From a virus (Duplodnaviria; Caudoviricetes): a stretch of DNA of 64,000 nt. The notes under the pieces are model-generated. The model was not told the DNA's origin and ran no database searches. It saw only the letters and a program-made list of their open reading frames with translations. Within the stretch, counting starts at the first letter, position 1, and every line of letters starts with the position of its first letter. Positions 9,106 through 17,732 of the stretch are shown here, piece by piece. Location of the stretch: the IMG/VR virus record IMGVR_UViG_2744054987_000003, positions 1-64,000 of that record. The stretch is one strand, 5' to 3'. The translations under genes and the position numbers were made by a program.

Positions 9106-9452
9106 TGCGCACTCACAGCATCTGCGAGCACTGCCACGAGCCGGTGCACACCGACGGTGACCCCAAGCGCGGCTGGATTCACACCCAGACCGATCGCTAC
9201 ACCTGCCATGACTGGCACGGCAACTTCGCCCTGCCGCTAAACGTCGATGCCCAGGAGGAGAAGCTCGAAACGGCCTACGACGAAGGCTATGCCGCCGCCG
9301 AGGGGATCATGCGCGACGAACACGAAGCCGAGTCGCTGCAAGAGGGGCGTCGGCTGATGTACGACGAGATACTCGATGTGCTCAATGCCTTCGGCGAAGG
9401 CACCAACATCGAAGCCGTCAGATCGGCACTGTTGCATCAGGTGACGCCATGA
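9105..9452 (+). CDS. Hypothetical protein (CxxC)
   Basis: TGATG coupling; CEHC. Confidence 0.55.
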   Translation: MRTHSICEHCHEPVHTDGDPKRGWIHTQTDRYTCHDWHGNFALPLNVDAQEEKLETAYDEGYAAAEGIMRDEHEAESLQEGRRLMYDEILDVLNAFGEGTNIEAVRSALLHQVTP

Positions 9453-9775
9453 GCTTCGAACCAGTCCACGAAGTCACCTACTATCAGGCCCGCTGCACCG
9501 AGTGCGGTGTCATCGAAGACGACTACGGTGACTACAGCGCCTGGAGCGATGCCGGAACGGCGATCGACAACGTATGCGACAACGACTGGTTCGCGATCTA
9601 TGAACCCGACGGCAGCACCACCGTAACGGGTCGTCCCGCGCAGGTGCTTACCAAACTGCTCTGCCCACAATGCCAACATTGCGAGGTCTGCGGGAACGAG
9701 CGCGCCTACGCGGTCGATGAGCACCTGGTGTGCGAGGAGCACGAAGATCACGAGTTCACAGAGGATGACGAATGA
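9449..9775 (+). CDS. Zn-finger hypothetical protein
   Basis: CTEC, CPQC, CEVC, CEEH; ATGA coupling. Confidence 0.6.
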   Translation: MSFEPVHEVTYYQARCTECGVIEDDYGDYSAWSDAGTAIDNVCDNDWFAIYEPDGSTTVTGRPAQVLTKLLCPQCQHCEVCGNERAYAVDEHLVCEEHEDHEFTEDDE

Positions 9776-10011
9776 GTGATCCAGCAGTCGATGCCGCACA
9801 GCGGGCATGGGATGGATGCGACGTATGCCCACCCGACAGTGGGCACAACAAGCCTCCATCGAGCAGTGTCGCCGCTGCCCATGAAGCTCTCAAGCCGGTA
9901 CGGGAAGTTGTTGAGAGGTACGAGAACCTGCTGAACCCTTGGGATGACGTGGGATTCGAGATTCTAGATGCACTGCGTCCACTGGTCTATCCCACCGAGG
10001 AGCTGACATGA
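9772..10011 (+). CDS. Small mycobacteriophage protein (MSDPAVDAAQRAW type)
   Basis: Characteristic termini MSDPA-x-x-AAQRA and LRPLVYPTEEL. Confidence 0.6.
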   Translation: MSDPAVDAAQRAWDGCDVCPPDSGHNKPPSSSVAAAHEALKPVREVVERYENLLNPWDDVGFEILDALRPLVYPTEELT

Positions 10012-10607
10012 CCGATGACGTGACGGACCGCGTACGGGCTGAGCGCGACAAGTCGTCTCGCGGACTGCCATGGGGGCTGGCCGACGAGCTGCTGGCCGAG
10101 GTCGAGCGCTTGCACACCTGGGACGGCCTCATGTCCTTGCTCGATGAACACTGGCCGCAGTCGATCTTCCCCACATTGTCAGACGACCCCGGCCGCGATC
10201 CCGGCCCACGCATCGTGTCGTTGCTGCGCTGGGTTGAACATCTCCGCGCGCTCCAGCGTGACGACCGCCAGAACGCCATCAACGCCATCGAAGAACGCGA
10301 CCAGGCCGTGCGTGAGGTCGAGCGGCTACAGAGCGATCTGAGCTTCTACCGAGAGTGGTCCAACGAGCTTACTCAGTACATACCAGAGGAGTTTGACGAC
10401 GACATTGCCCAGGAGGCCATCATCAGCAACTGGGCCAAGTTTGTCTCCGCCGAGGTCGAGCGCTTGAGGGGTGCGCTCGAAGCGCTCGCACATGACCTGA
10501 ACGCCCACAGCCAGACCACCCCGGACGATGACGACCACGAGATCATCTGTGATGTCGAGTCGGCCATCGCCTATCGCATCGAGGCCGTGCTGCGGGGTGA
10601 CCAGTGA
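10008..10607 (+). CDS. Ead/Ea22-like mosaic protein
   Basis: Three EVERL modules; LHTWDGLMSLLDEHWP...DPGPRI. Confidence 0.6.
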   Translation: MTDDVTDRVRAERDKSSRGLPWGLADELLAEVERLHTWDGLMSLLDEHWPQSIFPTLSDDPGRDPGPRIVSLLRWVEHLRALQRDDRQNAINAIEERDQAVREVERLQSDLSFYREWSNELTQYIPEEFDDDIAQEAIISNWAKFVSAEVERLRGALEALAHDLNAHSQTTPDDDDHEIICDVESAIAYRIEAVLRGDQ

Positions 10608-10877
10608 GCGACTACTACGCCGACATCGGCGGCTGGGACACTGTTACGGATGTGTTTCTGCCGCTGAAGGTTCACCGAGTCGAATAGTCACTCCAGTAGT
10701 CGCTCGGCGATGTCTAGGTCGGCGAGCTGCTCGGCAATGCGTATGCGCTCCTTGTCGAGCCGACGTAGTTGTTTAGCCAGCTCAGAATCCCGTTCAGTCA
10801 GCCCCCTGCGCCGCCGTAAGATGATCTGACGCAGCTCTAGATCGGTGTACTCGGCGCGATGCATGATCGCGTCATCA

Positions 10878-10987
10878 TGGTGCCCTCATCCGAGACTCGA
10901 ACTCAGATTAGCCGTCATGTCCTACCGCAACTGAGCGCTATCGCTGCGGGGTGTCACGACGGCATCACTTCACCGCGAAGTGAGGGC
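10878..10987 (-). ncRNA. tRNA-like RNA with an extended, non-decoding anticodon arm
   Basis: Acceptor GCCCTCA/TGAGGGC plus ACCA; T-arm CTGAG-TTCGAGT-CTCGG; D-arm TCGC-GGTGAA-GTGA; anticodon arm replaced by a long hairpin (GCCGTCGTG/CATGACGGC then CCGCAGC/GTTGCGG). Confidence 0.7.
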
Positions 10988-11257
10988 TTGTGGGCAGTTT
11001 TCCGGTGGATGCCCAGCCACTCAATCCATCCCCGCCGTTCCTGGCTTCCTTGTGAGAGGCACCCAACGTACGGCTCTGGAGGCTTGCTCAAGGTAACCAG
11101 GGACATCGCACATCCGTTGTGGCACGGCTCGCGCCCAATCCTCGACTCTAGCGCGCTATCCCTGGTCTTTACCGCGAGGTCGACCTTGTGTGGCATACGT
11201 TGACCCGCCGGTATGCCAGCGACGGATGAGCAGGGCGTCCACCGAACCCTGTCGCCG
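10988..11257 (-). ncRNA. Putative structured RNA (about 270 nt) between tmRNA and the tRNA mimic
   Basis: Dense nested helices and no convincing ORF/RBS. Confidence 0.45.
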
Positions 11258-11680
11258 TGGACCTGGGGGGACTCGAACCCCCGTCCGCGCTTCTGTCTAA
11301 CTGCGTTCTACGGGCGTAGTTCGTGTTTGGTGGTACCAGCTAGCCTGCCCCACGAACAGGACGATGACTAGGACCGTGCGCGATTGTGCTCTAAGGCAAT
11401 GCCGACCGGCCAGGCTCGCGCAGCCCACTCCGATACCCGCCTGCTGCTAAGGATGATGCCGGAAACTCTGTGCAGCAGAGTGACTTGTCTCCGGCAGGTC
11501 ACTGACTCAGACCAGGACACCCTCGTTGGCGTAAGCCTCGATGGCGTCGAAGTCGGCGTCAGTGAACCGTGCGTCGTTGATGTCGGCGCTTAATCAATTT
11601 CCACGTTCACTTGAGGTAGCTCGTGGAACACCTGCCCGCTGTTCAGTTGTCTATCCACACGTCGAAACCTTTACAGGCCC
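11258..11680 (-). ncRNA. ssrA: Phage tmRNA; tag ORF 11587-11507 encodes ADINDARFTDADFDAIEAYANEGVLV
   Basis: 5' GGGCCTGTAAAGGTTTCGAC; 3' GGGGGTTCGAGTCCCCCCAGGTCCA; G3-U70 Ala determinant; TAAGC upstream of the GCC resume codon; CCA not encoded. Confidence 0.93.
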
Positions 11681-11709
11681 TTGCTGCACTCATCACGAGT
11701 ACGACTACC

Positions 11710-11738
11710 ACTATACAGATGAGACAGACTTTGGACAA
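11710..11738 (-). promoter_or_regulatory. Promoter TTGTCC-N17-TATAGT (extended -10) for the tmRNA cluster
   Basis: About 30 nt upstream of the mature tmRNA 5' end. Confidence 0.6.
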
Positions 11739-11741
11739 GTC

Positions 11742-12119
11742 CTAGATCATCGGCAGATATGCGTGGTGGTTGAACTGCGGTTGGTAGGCCCCACCGCCGC
11801 CGAACTTGATGCCGCCGCGTTCTCCCGAAGAAACAGCAGTGCCGTCCGGCAGCGTAGCGGCGGTGTGGTAGCTGTTCCAACCGACCACCAGAGCATTGGG
11901 CGCGGTGCCGGGAATGAAGCCGCGAGCGGCCAACTCAGCGCCCTCGTTGTGGGTGCTGAAACGCCCCGAGTAGGGCGCTCGGCCAGAGGCGATGTTAGCG
12001 ACGAATGACACCAGACCCGAGCAGTCGCTGCCTGCTGGACCATTGCCGCCAGAGATGTAGGGCGTGCCCTGCATCTGGCCGACGAACGCGATGATGGCCA
12101 CTAACGCTTCTGCCGTCAT
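11742..12119 (-). CDS. NlpC/P60-family peptidoglycan endopeptidase
   Basis: GTPY-x-x-GG, DCSGLV, HTAATLPDG. Confidence 0.82.
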   Translation of the reverse strand: MTAEALVAIIAFVGQMQGTPYISGGNGPAGSDCSGLVSFVANIASGRAPYSGRFSTHNEGAELAARGFIPGTAPNALVVGWNSYHTAATLPDGTAVSSGERGGIKFGGGGAYQPQFNHHAYLPMI

Positions 12120-12220
12120 ACTGTTTGAGGCAAGGCAAACGTATTTGTTTTAGACGACCTCTATAACAGAGCAGGTCGAGGCTTTAAGCCTGTCGCGAAA
12201 TCCATGTGACGGCAAACCTT

Positions 12221-12490
12221 TTACTTAGGCCCTCTACGTTTGAAAATCTCGATACGTTCGCTGGAGGTCGTACCGCCCCAGACGCCGTGCACTTCTTCGT
12301 TGTCCAGCGCATACTGCAGACACTGCATCTTGACCGGGCAGCGCTGGCAGACACGTTGTGCGTAGCGAGAGTTCGCGCCGAGTTCGGGATACCAGATGTC
12401 GGTGTCGAACCCACGACAATTGGCATGGATACGCCAGCTCTCGGGATCGTCATCTTCGTCGGGCGGTAACGAGTACGGGCTGGCGCTCAC
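12221..12490 (-). CDS. whiB: WhiB-family transcription factor
   Basis: W-x-x-x-ANC, CQRCPV-x-x-x-C, GVWGG-x-x-x-x-ER. Confidence 0.92.
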   Translation of the reverse strand: MSASPYSLPPDEDDDPESWRIHANCRGFDTDIWYPELGANSRYAQRVCQRCPVKMQCLQYALDNEEVHGVWGGTTSSERIEIFKRRGPK

Positions 12491-13017
12491 GCATCCTGCC
12501 GCTCAGACCAGTTCTTGTTACCTTGTCCGACTTCGACTTTGATGCCAAGCGAAGTGAACATCTCGATGCACTTCGGGTCGTCTTCCAGGCAGCCGCGCAC
12601 GTCGTAGCTGTTGATGAGATAGGTGTAGATTTCACGCTTGAGCACGTCGCTGGGCCGGTGATCATCGTCGTCACGCATGAACGGGCCGTCGTAGGGCAAC
12701 TTCAGGTGCTCGCCGAGCCAGGCGCGGGTCAGGTCACGCCATTGACGCATCCGACCGGTGACGACAACAAGTTTGTGGCCGGTGTCAAATGCGCGCTGTG
12801 CGTAGTCGACGCCGTGGAGGTAGGGCGGGCACCGTCGGCTGGCGTCGTGGAAGGCGTCGAAGTCTTTGCCGCTGTCGCTGAACAGCTTTGGCAATGCGCT
12901 GGTGATGTCGCACAGCGAGCCGTCGACGTCGAGGATGACGGCTTTGGGTCGCTCGTAATGGCAAGCGTGGGAAGCGATGCGCCGCTGCGAAAGCGTGTAA
13001 AGCGACAGGTCACGCAT
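12487..13017 (-). CDS. HAD phosphatase (polynucleotide kinase phosphatase domain-like)
   Basis: ILDVDGSL, VTGR, MR-x-x-x-DHRP...K, EDDP. Confidence 0.82.
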   Translation of the reverse strand: MRDLSLYTLSQRRIASHACHYERPKAVILDVDGSLCDITSALPKLFSDSGKDFDAFHDASRRCPPYLHGVDYAQRAFDTGHKLVVVTGRMRQWRDLTRAWLGEHLKLPYDGPFMRDDDDHRPSDVLKREIYTYLINSYDVRGCLEDDPKCIEMFTSLGIKVEVGQGNKNWSERQDA

Positions 13018-13393
13018 CGATGTTTCTCCCCGGTCGGTTGTCGTATTCGGGCAGATTGTCGGCGAACCAGGCCAGCGTGAAGGCGTGCCAGGCGACGGCG
13101 ATGATGTGCGGGGTGCCGGTCTCTGCGTCGATATCCTCGCCTGACCAGAACTGCCACAGATGACGATTGAGCGCGGCAAACGAAAGCGACCACTTGTAGC
13201 CTCGCTGCCAGTTGTTTTCGCCGTCATGGATGATATTGCCCATCTCATCACGCTCGGTGTACTTCTCAGCGCCAACACCAAAGTGGCGGGCCAGCAAACG
13301 CAACGGTTCAGCGGGTATTAGATCGTACCGCTCATTTTTTTGACCCTTGCGTCCGCCGGTTGGAGAGACTAAGCGAGTTTCTTCGGTGGACAT
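13010..13393 (-). CDS. dATP/dGTP diphosphohydrolase (DUF5664)
   Basis: TGGRKG-x-K-x-x-RYDLIP, GAEKY, NW-x-RG, RH, ETG-x-x-H-x-x-AVAWHA. Confidence 0.85.
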   Translation of the reverse strand: MSTEETRLVSPTGGRKGQKNERYDLIPAEPLRLLARHFGVGAEKYTERDEMGNIIHDGENNWQRGYKWSLSFAALNRHLWQFWSGEDIDAETGTPHIIAVAWHAFTLAWFADNLPEYDNRPGRNIDA

Positions 13394-13989
13394 ACGTCTC
13401 CATACCTCTCAATCACTTCGTATGCCCAAGCGAGCATGTCCTCGACACGGGCACCAGAAGGGTGTCCCACCGACCACAGTTCGAGATTCTGTGGTCTGTT
13501 GTCGTTACGCACCTTGTTCTTGTGGTGCACCCGCTCGTCGGGGTGTAAGTAGCGACCCAATTGTGTTTCCATGACAGCAATGTGCTCAAGTACGTAGCGT
13601 CCGTTCACCGCCCGAGGGTGGTCCGGTGCCCAGACCCTGACATAGCCGTCCTTAAGCTGGACGCGACCACCCCTCCATGACGGATGGTTCTCGCCACGCT
13701 GCGCCTTACATCGACATGCTGCGCACGTACGAGCGGATTTGTTTTTTGTCCTCCCGCACAAGCAAGTGTCCTGATCCGACGCCCGGTAGGTGGCAATCCT
13801 GCACGAATGGCAGTACTGATACCTGGCAGGCACGGATGTACCGCAGCACTTGCAAAAACGGTCTTTGGTTCCCTTGGTACGCTCTGTCCGCAAACAGCTG
13901 ACGCACTTACCGTTCTGTTGAAGCCTAGTCACCGAATGGCCACACGCCTGAACTTCACCTCTAGGAGGGCGGGGCCACGGCTTGCTCAC
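13369..13989 (-). CDS. HNH homing endonuclease with Cys-rich N-terminus
   Basis: HPSWRGG, GYV, LEH-x-x-VME-x-x-LGR, VHHKN-x-x-RNDNRPQNLELW. Confidence 0.88.
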   Translation of the reverse strand: MSKPWPRPPRGEVQACGHSVTRLQQNGKCVSCLRTERTKGTKDRFCKCCGTSVPARYQYCHSCRIATYRASDQDTCLCGRTKNKSARTCAACRCKAQRGENHPSWRGGRVQLKDGYVRVWAPDHPRAVNGRYVLEHIAVMETQLGRYLHPDERVHHKNKVRNDNRPQNLELWSVGHPSGARVEDMLAWAYEVIERYGDVCPPKKLA

Positions 13990-14186
13990 TCGGCCATCTC
14001 CCTGGCGACCACCCTCGTAGAAGATTTGGCCTGCGCGGTCAGCGATACGCTGATTCCGATCCGGGCATTATGTTCGGAGGTTCGCCGGTGCTTGCCGCAC
14101 GAACAGTCCGGTCTGCACTTCGGCTGGAACCGACCTTTTTGCGAACGGTGTTTGCCGCAGGTGCAGTTCTCCGGACAGTGATTCAT
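13986..14186 (-). CDS. Small protein with tandem C-x3-C-x-CGKH repeats
   Basis: CPENCTCGKH and CRPDCSCGKH, then a NUMOD3-like RTSEHNARIG. Confidence 0.55.
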   Translation of the reverse strand: MNHCPENCTCGKHRSQKGRFQPKCRPDCSCGKHRRTSEHNARIGISVSLTAQAKSSTRVVAREMAE

Positions 14187-14422
14187 GCGATGCTCTGATT
14201 CGGCGCGATCGGTGAGCTGATCAGCCACTCCGATTCCTGGCCGGGCAGCAGGCCCAGCGCGCCCATGAGGTCGCGCGCATCGGCTACCTGCTGCTCTTGG
14301 GTATCGCCCTGGGCGTTGGCGCAGACCAGCCTGGCCGCAGCTATCCGTAACTCGTCGGGCAGTGCGTCGACATCCCCACATTCATCGATCCACGCGGCGA
14401 TTTTGCTGCCTTGACTTGTCAC
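14183..14422 (-). CDS. Hypothetical protein
   Basis: GAGAGG RBS; promoter TTGCCA-N18-TAGACT at 14461-14490. Confidence 0.55.
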   Translation of the reverse strand: MTSQGSKIAAWIDECGDVDALPDELRIAAARLVCANAQGDTQEQQVADARDLMGALGLLPGQESEWLISSPIAPNQSIA

Positions 14423-14498
14423 AGGCCGCCTCTCAGATGTTGGGGAGTGAGACTGTGTCTAGTCTAATGGATGTGTGTCAAACTTGGCAAGAATGAAG

Positions 14499-17400
14499 TT
14501 AGGGACGTCCGAGTCTGCCACGGCCTTGTCGTGCGTGAATGTTGTTGGCACGCAACGGCGAATAAGTATTACCGCGTCCCCGCGACAGCTCAGCCATGGC
14601 TTGACGGGCCTTGTTCTCCGAGTAGCCGCCACGCGGCAGCGTGGTCAGTCGCTCCAGGTCACGACCGGAACGCAGTCCGGCGACATTGGTCGAGCCGTAA
14701 GAACCGGCAGCGAGGTTGCCGTCAACGCCATAGCGTTCCAAGGCGTCGTGCAGCAGGTCGGTGACCACCACCGAGAAGGCGTCGAACAGGTCTTTGGTGG
14801 TGACCGGCCCGAAGTCCTGCTTGACTACGCGACCGGCTTTCTCGCTCAGGAACTTCGACTCCATCTCCAGCAGACATCCGGCGTCGTCGTAGAAGGTGTC
14901 ACGATAGCTGGACACCCACTCCAGGTTGACGGCGCTCTTGAGTTTTTCGCAACGGATCTGGTTTTCACGTTCGGTGAAGGTCACCTCGGTGACTCGGATG
15001 CCGGGAGAGAACCTGCGGCGCAGCGAGGCGATCAGGCCGCTGGAGTTCCACTGGTCGAAACTGATCTTGGAGGTCGACGGGAAACGCACCAGGATGTCTT
15101 CAATGTCCTGCTGGACCTGCACATAATCGATCGTGGGTTTGCCGGTCTCCTCGTCGGGAGGGAAGTCGCTCGGCTTCCAGACATGCAACAGGTCGATGAT
15201 GACGTGCGGTCGATACTTACCGTCATCAAGGGGGCGATCTTCGACGTGGCCGATGCACAACGCGAAGTTCGCGCCCGTGTTATGACAGACGATGCCATTG
15301 GCCACAAAGTTGTGCTCACCAGATTCCATCGTCAGGTCATAAGTGGTCTCCTGGCCGTCCGACTCTATAGACTTGACCTCATGCCAGCCGTCATCTCCGC
15401 GCGTCTGCCTGGTCTTGTCAGATAGATGTGGCAGGTCAGCCAGATAATCCAACCGAGCTACTTTTTCATGGAAGTCAGCCAGAAAACCGATCTCGTCACG
15501 GAACCTGACCAGGTTTCGGCCCCGGATACTTAACTTCCAATACTCGGTCTTGGCGCTCCCCTTGACTCCAGTCGCTCGCCAACCGCTGTACTGGCCAGAG
15601 ATGATGCCGAAATTGGCGAGGACTACCTGTGTCTGTCGTATCAACTCGCCGGATGCGGAGCTGACCGTCACCTCACGACTCTTTTGGTGTGGTGCTGACA
15701 CCCATCCATCACCAGAGAAATAGGCCGCCATGAACTCTGCCACGACAGGCTTTGGTGACCGCAGGATGGACCATGGGATGCACGTCTGTCGACAGTGCTC
15801 ATTGGGGATGAAGCCCATTTCGGCCAGCACGGCAATCATGTGCGGATTGCCCCACCCGATTGTCTTGCACTTGCCCTTGAATCTTTCCCACGACGGGTCG
15901 ACACCAAACAATTCACGAATGAGGTCGGCACACTCGTCGGCAAGCTTCTCGTCGCTGTGGCAACTGATCGTCAGTTGATGCCACTGAATCGACCCCTCAG
16001 CGCAGATATAGCCGAACAGCCTACCCATCTTCTCTGTGACGAACGGAGCAGGACTGCACATTCGTGCGTTGACCCGCTTGCCGGGCCGAACCTCGGGGAT
16101 GTCCACGTATTGCGTCGCCCAGATGTCGGTGTCCGAACGCACCCGAACCTTATCGTCCGTGCGGAGATCGCTCAGGGGCACCCAGCCGCGCTGAGTCCAA
16201 ACCGGATGCTCCGCACTGCCGCGCACCGACCAGCCGCCCTTCAGGGTCAGCTTCAAGATAGGTTTGACGCCGCTGTTTACCCACCGCACTACATTGTCTG
16301 AGCCGTCCCTGGTGGCGACATGATCACCGGCCTCGACCTGCGCAACACTGACAATGCCGTCCGTCGTGTAGAGGTACGAGTCCGCCGTCAGACAGCGGCC
16401 TGGGTCGCAGTGAATCCGATAGCTGTGAGTCAGGATGCCTCGGGCCTGTGCTTCCAGCGGTGCTCGCCAAGAAGGGGTGTCGAAGATGCGATCCACCTTG
16501 TCGGGATCGAGGTATGCGCCTTGGACCTCGGCGAATTGCGCTTCGCGTTCGACACGGAATCGGTCAGGATTGCGCAGTTTGCGACGACGCTGCGACTCGT
16601 GCTCCAGCCCCCACTGAATGGGACGCTTGAAGGGGATGCCGACCAGCTCCGGCCCGCGTTGCCAGTCCTCGTAAAGCGACCAGCTTGGTCCTTGGAAGAT
16701 GAGCATTTCAGGGTCGGCAGCGATCTCGGCGATCTTCTGTTCGGCGTCGATACCGAGTTGCTTTTCGGTGACCCGCTCGACGGCGACCTGCTTGTCGCGA
16801 TAGGCGGCCATCAGCGCGCTGCCCTGCTGGTAGAGCTGGAAGAAGATCCCGACCTTCGACCAGGGTGAGCTGGGGCAGTAGGTCAGACCGTCGGTGCCGA
16901 ACTGGTCAAGTGATGGCTGGGCGGCGTTGTAAATTTCGTCGCCAGACTTCGAGGAGCCGGTCTGGATCAAGAACGCCATCTCGTCGTAGGTGTTGGCGTA
17001 GCCGGTGCCACCGCGAGTTGCCGCCGATGTCGAAGACAGCGCCACAGCGGTCAGTGAAGCGATCTCGTGGTCGATGGGTACGTGGGCGGCTTTCAGCTCG
17101 GCGATGCGCCGAACGTCAGCCGGGGTGCGGATCGACAGGTAATACTCTTTGGAGCTGGCGATGTGCGGCTGAAGGTACTTGCAGTCCTCGACGGTGCGCC
17201 GGATGTCGGCGAACTGATAGCGCATGGCCTGTGTTTGGCTGGTGGCCACCACCGACATGACGCCGTTGAGGCCCGGTGCCACGCCGTAGTGGGACTGCCA
17301 GTCGTCCAGGGAGAAAAAATACGCGATCTGCTCGGTGTTAACGATGCCTCCGATGAGGCCCTTGCTGGCGCGCCGTCCGGCCACCATCTGGATGTGCGGG

Positions 17401-17732
17401 AAGCGGCGGTAGCCGCGCGCCTTCAGGTACTCGACGCGCTCCCAGATGTCGGGTTGCACGCCGAAGACGTCACGACGGCGCTGGAATCCCTTGCGCCACT
17501 CCTCGATGACATCGAAGTCATAAGTGGTCATCCTCTCGGTCTCTAGGAAGATGAGCTTGAGCAGGGTCTGCTGGCGCGGGTAAAGCCGGTAGCCACAGTA
17601 GTCGCTGCCGACAGCGAAGTGAACAATGCCGTCCCACGGCGGCTCTTTGATGACAGCGGCTTTGAGTCGCGCTACCGGATCGAAGTCATCAACGCTGAGC
17701 AGTCGCAGTTGGGCATTCGGATGGAAGGCCAC
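14499..17732 (-). CDS. terL: Terminase large subunit (intein-containing)
   Basis: GTG overlaps the lysin stop; YPRQ adenine-binding motif, Walker A GRRASKG, Walker B YDEMAF, SSP coupling motif, nuclease HCDPG...FDQWNS...KDLFDA. Confidence 0.88.
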   Translation of the reverse strand: MAFHPNAQLRLLSVDDFDPVARLKAAVIKEPPWDGIVHFAVGSDYCGYRLYPRQQTLLKLIFLETERMTTYDFDVIEEWRKGFQRRRDVFGVQPDIWERVEYLKARGYRRFPHIQMVAGRRASKGLIGGIVNTEQIAYFFSLDDWQSHYGVAPGLNGVMSVVATSQTQAMRYQFADIRRTVEDCKYLQPHIASSKEYYLSIRTPADVRRIAELKAAHVPIDHEIASLTAVALSSTSAATRGGTGYANTYDEMAFLIQTGSSKSGDEIYNAAQPSLDQFGTDGLTYCPSSPWSKVGIFFQLYQQGSALMAAYRDKQVAVERVTEKQLGIDAEQKIAEIAADPEMLIFQGPSWSLYEDWQRGPELVGIPFKRPIQWGLEHESQRRRKLRNPDRFRVEREAQFAEVQGAYLDPDKVDRIFDTPSWRAPLEAQARGILTHSYRIHCDPGRCLTADSYLYTTDGIVSVAQVEAGDHVATRDGSDNVVRWVNSGVKPILKLTLKGGWSVRGSAEHPVWTQRGWVPLSDLRTDDKVRVRSDTDIWATQYVDIPEVRPGKRVNARMCSPAPFVTEKMGRLFGYICAEGSIQWHQLTISCHSDEKLADECADLIRELFGVDPSWERFKGKCKTIGWGNPHMIAVLAEMGFIPNEHCRQTCIPWSILRSPKPVVAEFMAAYFSGDGWVSAPHQKSREVTVSSASGELIRQTQVVLANFGIISGQYSGWRATGVKGSAKTEYWKLSIRGRNLVRFRDEIGFLADFHEKVARLDYLADLPHLSDKTRQTRGDDGWHEVKSIESDGQETTYDLTMESGEHNFVANGIVCHNTGANFALCIGHVEDRPLDDGKYRPHVIIDLLHVWKPSDFPPDEETGKPTIDYVQVQQDIEDILVRFPSTSKISFDQWNSSGLIASLRRRFSPGIRVTEVTFTERENQIRCEKLKSAVNLEWVSSYRDTFYDDAGCLLEMESKFLSEKAGRVVKQDFGPVTTKDLFDAFSVVVTDLLHDALERYGVDGNLAAGSYGSTNVAGLRSGRDLERLTTLPRGGYSENKARQAMAELSRGRGNTYSPLRANNIHARQGRGRLGRP
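15279..16394 (-). mobile_element. Intein with LAGLIDADG homing endonuclease (372 aa) in the TerL nuclease domain
   Basis: R|CLTADS start, SAEHP block B, FGYICAEG and MAAYFSGDG blocks, TYDL...HNFVANGIVCHN|T end. Confidence 0.93.

Noticed and set aside
10930-10942. tRNA mimic acting as a UGA suppressor or tRNA-Sec for the 43566 TGA
   Set aside because: TCA is present in the distal loop but not in a canonical anticodon position; no Sec machinery or SECIS recognised
10988-11257. RNase P RNA, SRP RNA or cobalamin riboswitch
   Set aside because: Hallmark sequences (GAGGAAAGUCC, the SRP GGAA-loop helix, the B12 box) not found by eye
10859-11593. ORFs 10859-11203, 10954-11196 and 11384-11593
   Set aside because: They overlap tmRNA and tRNA-like structures, and lack RBS and typical codon bias
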